From Spirochaetota bacterium (GTDB lineage Bacteria > Spirochaetota > UBA4802 > UBA5550): DNA of 64,000 nt. The translations under genes and the position numbers were made by a program. Below the pieces are notes generated by a model. It was not told where the DNA came from. It saw only the letters and a program-made list of their open reading frames with translations, and made no database searches. Location: positions 49,432 through 113,431 of the forward strand of contig DAISJZ010000002.1 of assembly GCA_036821145.1 (NCBI GenBank). Reading direction: 5' to 3'. The stretch's first letter is position 1; each line of letters opens with the position of its first letter. Below, one piece after another: positions 56,299 through 64,000 of this stretch.

Positions 56299-58244
56299 CT
56301 TTCTCTTTTTCTTCTTATAATCTGCGAAATAGTTACCATACTGAACAGACCGACGCCAATTATATCCGTAAACAAACCGGGATCTATCAGCATTAGACCA
56401 CCTGCAAGGCTGACAATACGTTCTATATAATTCATTTTTGTCAGATAGAACGCCTCCAACGCAGCACCGATTCCCACCATACCGATAACTGAAGTCACAG
56501 ATATACTTATTATCTGCATAACTGATGCATTTATAAGAAGAAGAGCCGGATCATTTACAAAAATATACGGTATGATAAATGCGGCAATAGAAAGTTTAAC
56601 CGCGGTAACACCGGTTCTTAAGGGGTTTCCTCCTGAAATTGCCGAACCCGCATAAGCGGCAAGGGCGACAGGGGGTGTTATGTCCGCGACTATACCGAAA
56701 TAGAAGACAAACATATGCGCGGCGAGAGCCGGTACGCCAAGCTGCACTACAGCCGGAGCCATTATTGTTGATGTTATAAGATAATTTGCTGTTGTTGGAA
56801 CTCCCATTCCAAGCACAAGAGACGCAAACATCGCAAAAATAAGTGTGAGATATTTAACTCCCGCGGATAAAACAAGAAGCCCCGATGCCATTTTCAAGCC
56901 AAGTCCCGTAAGTGTAACCACTCCCACGATAATACCAGCTATACCACATGCAATAGCAACACCGAGTACACTCTTCGCACCTGCCTGCAGCGCTTCAATA
57001 AACTGGGAGAACGTAAGACGTGTACTTTTTCTAAGCATGGAGGCAACTACTGAAAAAATGATTCCATAGAATGCGGCCTTTACCGGAGTCGCTCCGGAAA
57101 CCAGAAAATAAACGATTACAACAAGGGGTACAAGGAGATGCCCTCTTTCAGCTATAACCTTTACGAATTTCGGGATCTCCTCCCTGTTCATCCCCTTTAA
57201 CCCGTTTTTCTTTGCCTCGAAATGCACCATAATCCATATACCTGAGAAATAGAGTACAGCAGGAATAATGGCTGCAACAGCAACATCAAGATACGGCATC
57301 CCCAGTGCCTCGGCCATAAGAAAAGCGGCAGCTCCCATAATCGGAGGCATAAGCTGGCCCCCTGTTGAAGCTGAAGCCTCAACCGCTGCAGAGAACTCTC
57401 TGCTATAACCCATTTTTTTCATCATAGGTATGGTAAAACTTCCGGATCCTACGGTATTTGAAACAGAACTTCCTGAAATTGTCCCCATAAGTGCACTTGA
57501 AAAAACAGCAACTTTCGCGGGACCTCCTGCAGCGAAACCAGCTATGGAGTTAGCAAGATCGATAAATAACATTGAAATACCTGTCTGTTCCATAAATGCT
57601 CCGAACAGGATAAACAGAAAGATAAAAGTTGAACATACACCAAGAGGTACACCGAGAATACCTTCTGTTGTAAACCATAGATGAGTTACTATCCTCTCCG
57701 CAGAGTAACCCCTGTGATTAAGAAAACCCGGCATATATGATCCGAAATATGCATACAGAATAAATATTATAGCAATAGTTAGCATAGGAAGACCGACAAC
57801 CCTGCGGCACGCTTCCATTACAACGAGAATTCCAATTGCTCCGATAATCACGTCAACAGTAGTAAAAGCTCCTGCCCGTGAAATAAGGTCACGGTAATTC
57901 CATACTATATAACCTGCTGAAGAGACGCCTGCTGCGGCCAGCATAAGATCAGAAACTGTAATTTTATGAATTTTCCCTTTATGCGCAGGATAAAGCAGAA
58001 AAACCAGCAGAAGGACAAATCCGAGGTGAACAGATCTCTGCAATTGTGCCGGGAGCATGCCGAATGCAGCTGTATATAATTGAAAAAGAGAAAAGCCGAT
58101 TGCGACTGCTGCAATTATAAAGCCCCACTTACCTCCGAGTTTTCTATAGAAGGATTCTTTATCATATTTACTCATGACTTCCTGAATCTTTTCAATACTT
58201 ACAGGTTCATGCCCTGATTGGTTTCCGGCAGACTGTTTAGACAT
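56283..58244 (-). CDS. TRAP transporter fused permease (TAXI-type DctQM fusion)
   Basis: 653 aa, about 17 TM helices, typical TAXI-TRAP 'TRAP transporter permease' composition. It follows DUF1850 and TAXI SBP genes. Confidence 0.88.
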   Translation of the reverse strand: MSKQSAGNQSGHEPVSIEKIQEVMSKYDKESFYRKLGGKWGFIIAAVAIGFSLFQLYTAAFGMLPAQLQRSVHLGFVLLLVFLLYPAHKGKIHKITVSDLMLAAAGVSSAGYIVWNYRDLISRAGAFTTVDVIIGAIGILVVMEACRRVVGLPMLTIAIIFILYAYFGSYMPGFLNHRGYSAERIVTHLWFTTEGILGVPLGVCSTFIFLFILFGAFMEQTGISMLFIDLANSIAGFAAGGPAKVAVFSSALMGTISGSSVSNTVGSGSFTIPMMKKMGYSREFSAAVEASASTGGQLMPPIMGAAAFLMAEALGMPYLDVAVAAIIPAVLYFSGIWIMVHFEAKKNGLKGMNREEIPKFVKVIAERGHLLVPLVVIVYFLVSGATPVKAAFYGIIFSVVASMLRKSTRLTFSQFIEALQAGAKSVLGVAIACGIAGIIVGVVTLTGLGLKMASGLLVLSAGVKYLTLIFAMFASLVLGMGVPTTANYLITSTIMAPAVVQLGVPALAAHMFVFYFGIVADITPPVALAAYAGSAISGGNPLRTGVTAVKLSIAAFIIPYIFVNDPALLLINASVMQIISISVTSVIGMVGIGAALEAFYLTKMNYIERIVSLAGGLMLIDPGLFTDIIGVGLFSMVTISQIIRRKRESHLNA

Positions 58245-58320
58245 AACTGACCTTCTTTTATTTGATTATATTGATTCGCAACTATAAAAAACCATTGATA
58301 AGCTATTGCCGATTAACTGC

Positions 58321-58842
58321 TTAATAATAACGGAGCTTAATTATATCGAGAAGAGAAATTCTTTTTACTACTATTCTGAGACTCCGCTGCACAGAACTGA
58401 TATCCCGAAGCAGAAACTCATCCTGATCAATTTTAAACCTGTGTTCAGCAGTTACACCGATAAACAGAAGAAAATCGTCTATTCTTCTGTTTATCTCTGT
58501 AACTTCTATTCTGTCATTATACACATTCAGAATTCCGCCATCATCCGGTGATGCCGGTACACCCGCACCAAATGCAGTGAATACAGATCTCTCTATGATA
58601 ATAGTATCATCATCAATTCTAAAAAAATCCTCCACAGGACTCTTATTGACTGAATGAATATACCTTACACTGAATCTGTCACCCGTATCAGCAGAATTGA
58701 AATAAAGCAATTTTCCTGTTTTATAATCAGTAATTGTAATACCTTTAAAAACAGGAAAGAGTAAAAGAGCGACTAGAAACACTGAGACAGCCAGTATTTT
58801 GACAAACGTAGCATGGCTGGCAGTACAGGTTCTGCCAGCCAT
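58321..58842 (-). CDS. DUF1850 domain protein (TAXI-TRAP accessory)
   Basis: FSVRYIHSVNKSPVEDFF...FGAGVP pattern, and a conserved position between the TAXI SBP and the permease. Confidence 0.75.
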   Translation of the reverse strand: MAGRTCTASHATFVKILAVSVFLVALLLFPVFKGITITDYKTGKLLYFNSADTGDRFSVRYIHSVNKSPVEDFFRIDDDTIIIERSVFTAFGAGVPASPDDGGILNVYNDRIEVTEINRRIDDFLLFIGVTAEHRFKIDQDEFLLRDISSVQRSLRIVVKRISLLDIIKLRYY

Positions 58843-58874
58843 ATCGTTGTCATTTATTTTTAAAAAGTCCGGTG

Positions 58875-59834
58875 CTATTTTATGATACCTTTTTCCATGT
58901 AATACTTTTTAGCACCGGGATGAAGCGGGACAGATACACCTTTTACTGCTTCATTTATATCAAGTTCAACTCCCTTTGCATGCGCTTTAGCGAGTTCATC
59001 TTTATTTTCAAATAGAGCCTTTGTCAGATTGTATACAACTGTTTCATCAAGATCATCTCTGGCAATGAGTGTTGCTTTGACAGCTACAGTTTGAGCGTCA
59101 CTTGTCATACCCTTGTATATCTCTTTCTTGATTATATATGGTGTATAAAACGGATATTCTTTTACGAGCTGATCAACTGTTTTCGCATCAAGAGCAAGAA
59201 TTTTAACTTTCTGAAGAGCTGTAATCTCCTGTATCGCCGCGTTGGGTATACCAGCAGTTACAAAAAAACCATCAAGCTGTTTATCCTGATATGCATTCCC
59301 TGATTCTTTAAAAGAAAGGTGACTTGTCTTGAGATCATCGAATGTAAGACCTGCCGGTGCAAGTATCTGCATAGCGTTAGCTTCAACACCGCTACCCGCA
59401 TCACCTACAGATATTTTTTTTCCTTTCATATCAGAGATTGTATTAATTTTGGCGTCAGGGCTTACAACGATCTGAACAACTTCGCGATAAAGTGTAGCGA
59501 TTGTGCTGATCCCTTTAATCTGCTGCCCTTTGAAGAGCTTTGTTCCGTTATAAGCATAATCCATAACATCATTCTGAACTATCGCAAGATCTGCCTCATC
59601 TTTGCCTACCAGTCGCAGGTTTTCGCTTGATGCACCTGTTGACTGTGCTGTAACATTCATATCCTGTACTTTTGTGTTAAAAATCTGAGCCATTGCTCCG
59701 CCATATGGATAGTATGTCCCTGATGTTCCTCCTGTGGCCAGAACAAGATTCTTTCCACTATTTTTACCGCATCCAGCACTTATAAAAGCAACAAGGATCA
59801 TGGAAAGTGATACTGCTAAAAAACCCTTTTTCAT
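58875..59834 (-). CDS. TAXI family TRAP transporter solute-binding protein (lipoprotein)
   Basis: MKKGFLAVSLSMILVAFISAGC lipobox. LATGGTSGTYYPYGGAMAQI is the TAXI signature. ATG 59834 has AAGGAGGAG 8 nt upstream (the track start 59864 is less likely). Confidence 0.9.
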   Translation of the reverse strand: MKKGFLAVSLSMILVAFISAGCGKNSGKNLVLATGGTSGTYYPYGGAMAQIFNTKVQDMNVTAQSTGASSENLRLVGKDEADLAIVQNDVMDYAYNGTKLFKGQQIKGISTIATLYREVVQIVVSPDAKINTISDMKGKKISVGDAGSGVEANAMQILAPAGLTFDDLKTSHLSFKESGNAYQDKQLDGFFVTAGIPNAAIQEITALQKVKILALDAKTVDQLVKEYPFYTPYIIKKEIYKGMTSDAQTVAVKATLIARDDLDETVVYNLTKALFENKDELAKAHAKGVELDINEAVKGVSVPLHPGAKKYYMEKGIIK

Positions 59835-60004
59835 ATTACAACTCCTCCTTATCATCAGCAGCATCTCCCCGCGCTAATAATGCACAAAAAATAGTATTAT
59901 TATTCCAAAAACAGAGATTTTGCTGCAATTTCTGATATAGATATCCACCGGTATAACATGGTGTCAATCAGAATTACGTTATAGCTTCTTCGGGAGGATA
60001 GATT

Positions 60005-61084
60005 TTACTTATCAGCAACACTGTTTACTTTCTGCATATAATACCGGTTATCTGCGGTTTCACCTGCATCAGGGGTATAACCAAGTTCTATTATCCTGGC
60101 CTCAAGATTCTTCAGAAGTGACCTGTATTCCATTACGCCCCGGAGTTTATCATCATCAAGTGCTCCTTCTCTGTTTATACCACTTGATGATAACCGGGGG
60201 AGTATTACATTAGCTCCGGCAGCAAGTCCAAGCTCCTTCCCGTCAGATGACAGGCTGTCAAGAGATGCCGTTGAAGCTATATTAACATCAGGCAGGGCAA
60301 GACGGACAACTGAAATCATATTCAGTCCGAGATTAAGCGTCTCTTCAGGGAGATATTCAATTCCGCCGAAAGGTGTATCACTATGCGGTATATAAGGCCC
60401 GAGACTGCAGAGCTCAAGGTCAAGGAGACTGAAAAAAAATATATCATCCGCAAGATTTTCCAGGGTCTGAAATGGAGCATTAACCATAACACCGGTGCCG
60501 ATCTGAAATCCTATCTCTTTCAATTCATGTAGAGACTGCAGTCTATGCTTGAAGCTTTGCGATTCGGGGTGGAGTTTTTTAAAATGCTCCTCATTGGTTG
60601 TTTCAATTCTGAGGATATAACGTGAAGCCCCATATTCAAAAAATTCTTCATAAACTCCCCGTTCCTGTTCACCTGCAGCAAGAGTAATACACATACGGGG
60701 ATGTTTTTCTTTTATCAGTTTCAACGTATAGGATACATATGAAGTAAACTTTCTGTCACGTCTTTCACCTGACTGCAGAACAATTGAATTTATCCCGGCA
60801 TCAGAAGCATCATCCGCCACTGCAAGAATTTCCTCCGGCTTAAGCTCAAATCTTTTAATATTATTATTTGACCTTCTCAATCCGCAGTAAAAACAGTCAT
60901 TGTTGCAGATATTTGAAAATTCAACAAGCGGGCGTATATATACTGAATCTGAAAGATTAGCTTTTCTTATAGCGGAAGCTTTATTATGAAGTGCAGTCTG
61001 CTCATCACCTCTGAGACAAAGCAACTCAACAATCCTGGCTCTGGACAGACCGCCTCTTTCACATGTCACATCATTTCCAGGCAT
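60005..61084 (-). CDS. hydE: [FeFe]-hydrogenase maturase HydE-like radical SAM enzyme (BioB/HydE family)
   Basis: VYIRPLVEFSNICNNDCFYCGLRRSNNNIKRFELKPEEIL...SIVLQSGE closely follows the HydE N-terminal consensus. The start at ATG 61084 is preferred. Confidence 0.65.
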   Translation of the reverse strand: MPGNDVTCERGGLSRARIVELLCLRGDEQTALHNKASAIRKANLSDSVYIRPLVEFSNICNNDCFYCGLRRSNNNIKRFELKPEEILAVADDASDAGINSIVLQSGERRDRKFTSYVSYTLKLIKEKHPRMCITLAAGEQERGVYEEFFEYGASRYILRIETTNEEHFKKLHPESQSFKHRLQSLHELKEIGFQIGTGVMVNAPFQTLENLADDIFFFSLLDLELCSLGPYIPHSDTPFGGIEYLPEETLNLGLNMISVVRLALPDVNIASTASLDSLSSDGKELGLAAGANVILPRLSSSGINREGALDDDKLRGVMEYRSLLKNLEARIIELGYTPDAGETADNRYYMQKVNSVADK

Positions 61085-61143
61085 TATCAAACTATCTCCC
61101 TTGCGAAAAATATACAACACCTGAAAATTAAAAACAATATATA

Positions 61144-61500
61144 TTATTCAACCATTTTCAAAAGATATTCGGGACTCACAGGTTTTTCCATTGAACCGTT
61201 AAAACCTACTTCATGCACATCACCTGTCCCCGCGTTATCACTTCCCACCGAACTGAGCATATAAATTTTAACATCCAGATCCGATTCCCGTATCCCTTTA
61301 CATACTCTGAACCCGGAATCCATATTTTCCATCATCATATCGAGAAAAATAATATCAGGATTAAAAAATGCATATTTCTCCATGCATTCATTTTCACTTC
61401 TTGCAGTTTCCACTTCATGGCCGTTCTGTTCAAGAACTGCTTTCATTGACATAATAATATCTGAATCATCATCTACAACCAGTATCCTTTTTTTATTCAT
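61144..61500 (-). CDS. Single-domain response regulator (CheY-like receiver)
   Basis: ILVVDDD, DIIFLDMMMENMDSG, YMLSS, MEKP. It ends 23 nt upstream of the hydE-like gene. Confidence 0.85.
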   Translation of the reverse strand: MNKKRILVVDDDSDIIMSMKAVLEQNGHEVETARSENECMEKYAFFNPDIIFLDMMMENMDSGFRVCKGIRESDLDVKIYMLSSVGSDNAGTGDVHEVGFNGSMEKPVSPEYLLKMVE

Positions 61501-61674
61501 TTGCTCCCCCGTTAAATTATGATAATTATCTATAATATAACACTAATTTTAAAATATAGCTATGCAGAAAATACTTTTAAGAAAAATAGTAAATTACTGA
61601 TAGACTTTTTGATATCACTTTTTTTATTACACCTGTTAATTTTAACTCAGTAATAATTACACAAGAGGTTATAC

Positions 61675-62583
61675 TTGAACTGCAATCTTTGCAATTTCAG
61701 ATGCGGAGTTGACCGGAATTTAAAAACCGGAAGCTGCGGTATTGATAATAAAATATATATAGCTCATTACGGATTACACACAGGAGAGGAGCCTTTTTTG
61801 ACCGGCCAAAAAGGTTCCGGGACCATTTTTTTTGCGGGATGCACTTTACAGTGCAGGTATTGTCAGAACTGGCAGATTAGCCGCTGGAATATACGGAAAG
61901 GAACTTCCGGAGTCGAAACTGTATCGGTCCAAAGACTTGTCGATATATTCAGGGAACTTGAATCAATTGGTGCTGCCAATATTAATTTAGTCTCACCTGC
62001 ACCTTATGCGCATCACCTGAGGGAAGCAATCAGCAAAGCAAAGGATAGCGGTTTTAATTTACCGTTCGTTTACAACACACACGGATATGATTCAATTGAT
62101 ACTATTGATTTTCTGAAAGGACTGATTGATATATATTTACCTGACCTTAAATATGGTGATGATGAGACCGGTAAAAAATTTTCCGGTGCTCCATCAATGT
62201 ACACCCATGGTAAAGATGTAATCAGAGCGATGTATAACCAGACCGGGCTGATGCAGTTTAATGAAAGAGGCGAAGCTGTTAAAGGGATTGCAATACGTCA
62301 CCTGGTAATCCCCGGTCACCTGGATAGTTCAATGCAGGTACTTGATTTTCTTGAAACAGTTGATCGTAGAAATTATATATCTCTGATGTCACAGTTCCAT
62401 CCCTGCGAGGGTAATTATGATCATGACTATCCGGAATTAAACCGTACCCTTCTCCATGAAGAATACGAAAGAATTGTTGACTATGCTCATACTCTTGGTT
62501 TTAAAAATCTTCTCCTGCAGGAACTGGAGAGTCATAAAAATTATCTCCCCGATTTTAATAACAGCTCAGTTTTTAATGATTAA
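61675..62583 (+). CDS. PflX-like radical SAM protein (pyruvate formate-lyase activating enzyme homolog, COG1313-type)
   Basis: CNLCNFRCGVDR...GLHTGEEPFLTGQKGSGTIFFAGCTLQCRYCQNWQIS. TTG start with AGAGG 7 nt upstream. Confidence 0.8.
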   Translation: MNCNLCNFRCGVDRNLKTGSCGIDNKIYIAHYGLHTGEEPFLTGQKGSGTIFFAGCTLQCRYCQNWQISRWNIRKGTSGVETVSVQRLVDIFRELESIGAANINLVSPAPYAHHLREAISKAKDSGFNLPFVYNTHGYDSIDTIDFLKGLIDIYLPDLKYGDDETGKKFSGAPSMYTHGKDVIRAMYNQTGLMQFNERGEAVKGIAIRHLVIPGHLDSSMQVLDFLETVDRRNYISLMSQFHPCEGNYDHDYPELNRTLLHEEYERIVDYAHTLGFKNLLLQELESHKNYLPDFNNSSVFND

Positions 62584-62586
62584 AAA

Positions 62587-63870
62587 TCATCTTCCGGTGC
62601 CTGACGGCTTCCGGATAGTCTTTCCGGTTCTTTTAAACAGTATCATTACCTCCAGGTCCGGGGTGCCGGGGAACATATCAAGAGGGACGCATTTAACAGG
62701 GTGATACCCTCCCCGTTTCCATTTTTCAAGCTCGAATGGAATTGTTTCAAGCCCGCAGAAAATATGAAGAACACTCTCCGGATTACGCTCAGCAAGTATT
62801 TCTATAACTCCCTGAGCAGTTCCATTCCTCGGAGGATCAAGAATCAGATATTCCGGAAATCGGCTGGTTCCAAGAAGAGCCGGGAGAGTTTTTCTGTCAA
62901 TCCTTCTGGCATAAAAGTCCCATTTTGCCTTCGGTTTTATCCGCTTAATATTTTCCCTTGCTGAATCGATTGCTGCTTCACCATAATCTATACCGACAAT
63001 TTCATTGTATCCGGATGAAAGAAAACATGAAAAAAAGCCGTACCCGCAGTACAAATCGATAAGCCGCCCGCCGCCTTCATGCCTGAGCAGACTTTCAGCT
63101 TTATTAAGCATTTCGGGACAGATGGAGAGATTGACCTGCGAAAAACCCTCTGGAGCAAAAGTATAAATTATATCATTAACCTTTATACTGAGGCTCCTGT
63201 TGCCGAAAAGCCTCTTAACTCTGGGGCCGTCAATCTCTGATGATGTATTCAGATAATATTTTGAACCTTCAGGATCATGGTAGAGGAATGCTGCCTCAAC
63301 ATTATTAAAATATTCCCGAAGACGTTCCGCAATTTTCGTCAGGCCGTTAACTGTTTCACCATTTAAAACCCGCACATTGAAAATAACAGCAGCAGCCTCA
63401 TAGCTGCCTCGCAGTATAATAAAATTTAAAAGACCACCGATACGGGTATTGATTTTTTCATTAAGAAGAGAACCCAGCATGGAATAAATTGATGAATGAA
63501 ACTCAGGCTCAAGCAGGGATGGTTTATCACTTATGGAAACTTCATCTGATGAGAGTATAATACTGCCGCTTTTTCTATGAACCCGCCTTTTGGTTGTTGT
63601 ACGATAATATCGCGGAAGTGGAGATTCAACTATATGAGAAGCCGGACAGTTCGCACCGGATTCATACCAGTAAGAAGAAAATGCCCTGTCTTTGCACCTC
63701 AACTCGTCAGTATAGTCCATTCGGGCAAGAGGTTCAGGACCAGTCAGTTTTATCCCGGTTTCATAATTGAGACGCGATAGATAACTGTTTTCTTTTGAAA
63801 ATTCAACAGGGCTGGAATAATTTTTTTTATTATTTTTCATCAGTTTCTGCCGGGTTCTTTTATTATTCAA
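62587..63870 (-). CDS. Class I SAM-dependent RNA (uracil-5)-methyltransferase, TrmA/RlmD family
   Basis: FSQVN, LIDLYCGYGFFS (motif I), ILDPPRNG, and C-terminal VPLDMFPGTPDLEVM (the nucleophile region of m5U methyltransferases). Confidence 0.8.
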   Translation of the reverse strand: MNNKRTRQKLMKNNKKNYSSPVEFSKENSYLSRLNYETGIKLTGPEPLARMDYTDELRCKDRAFSSYWYESGANCPASHIVESPLPRYYRTTTKRRVHRKSGSIILSSDEVSISDKPSLLEPEFHSSIYSMLGSLLNEKINTRIGGLLNFIILRGSYEAAAVIFNVRVLNGETVNGLTKIAERLREYFNNVEAAFLYHDPEGSKYYLNTSSEIDGPRVKRLFGNRSLSIKVNDIIYTFAPEGFSQVNLSICPEMLNKAESLLRHEGGGRLIDLYCGYGFFSCFLSSGYNEIVGIDYGEAAIDSARENIKRIKPKAKWDFYARRIDRKTLPALLGTSRFPEYLILDPPRNGTAQGVIEILAERNPESVLHIFCGLETIPFELEKWKRGGYHPVKCVPLDMFPGTPDLEVMILFKRTGKTIRKPSGTGR

Positions 63871-63928
63871 TATACTAATGGATTAACCCGGTTGACTCTG
63901 TTAAGTGTCAAGATATTAATTCACTGAT

Positions 63929-64000
63929 TCATGGGGAGAATGTAAAGGAGCATCCTGTTCCTGATTCATCGCTGAATTGAATTTCACCATTAATCATTTC
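63929..64000 (-). CDS. 3' end of a gene running into the window; the C-terminus resembles a histidine-kinase HATPase domain end
   Basis: The minus-strand frame reads ...EMINGEIQFSDESGTGCSFTFSP-stop (TGA = 63931-63929), like the G..i...S..G.G..F.f..P end of HATPase_c. Only 23 codons are visible. Confidence 0.35.
   Translation of the reverse strand, partial: EMINGEIQFSDESGTGCSFTFSP

Overview
This is a visibly AT-rich, gene-dense bacterial chromosomal window of about 70 protein genes. I found no rRNA, tRNA, CRISPR array, IS element or integrase.

Recognisable housekeeping genes:
- smc (5' part), queG-like, thiE, rsmE, thiC, a wecB/tagA-family glycosyltransferase, pyrG and mfd
- comEC, a stand-alone EF-G paralog, rimI and engB
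- a TAXI-type TRAP transporter, hydE-like and PflX-like radical SAM enzymes, and a TrmA/RlmD-type RNA methyltransferase

On the minus strand (53771 down to 45314) lies a flagellar basal-body/export operon: flgB-flgC-[47-aa ORF]-fliE-fliF-fliG-fliH-fliI-fliJ-[SLT lytic transglycosylase]-flbB-like. This is the Spirochaete/Firmicute-type gene order.

Envelope features point to a diderm, possibly a spirochaete-like anaerobe, but I cannot assign the organism:
- many Cys-lipobox lipoproteins
- three LolA-fold proteins
- a POTRA/Omp85-like barrel
- several periplasmic TPR proteins

Most interesting, all as hypotheses:
1. A tightly packed five-gene operon (34134-39764). It encodes a degenerate HATPase+HDOD protein, a DUF115/Maf-like protein and three envelope proteins, and lies about 6 kb from the flagellar operon.
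2. An unannotated 47-aa ORF with a strong Shine-Dalgarno sequence wedged between flgC and fliE.
3. A signal-peptide-less SLT enzyme inside the flagellar operon.
4. Two recurring LolA-like plus outer-membrane beta-barrel cassettes.
5. A pair of adjacent secreted proteins sharing a paralogous module (28482-30091).
6. Structured gaps within the flagellar operon that share a TTGACATTTT 10-mer.

The ORF track takes the earliest ATG/GTG/TTG, so many start coordinates are uncertain. Where a better start with an SD was visible I used it and said so. All family assignments come from motif recognition by eye. No database search was run.
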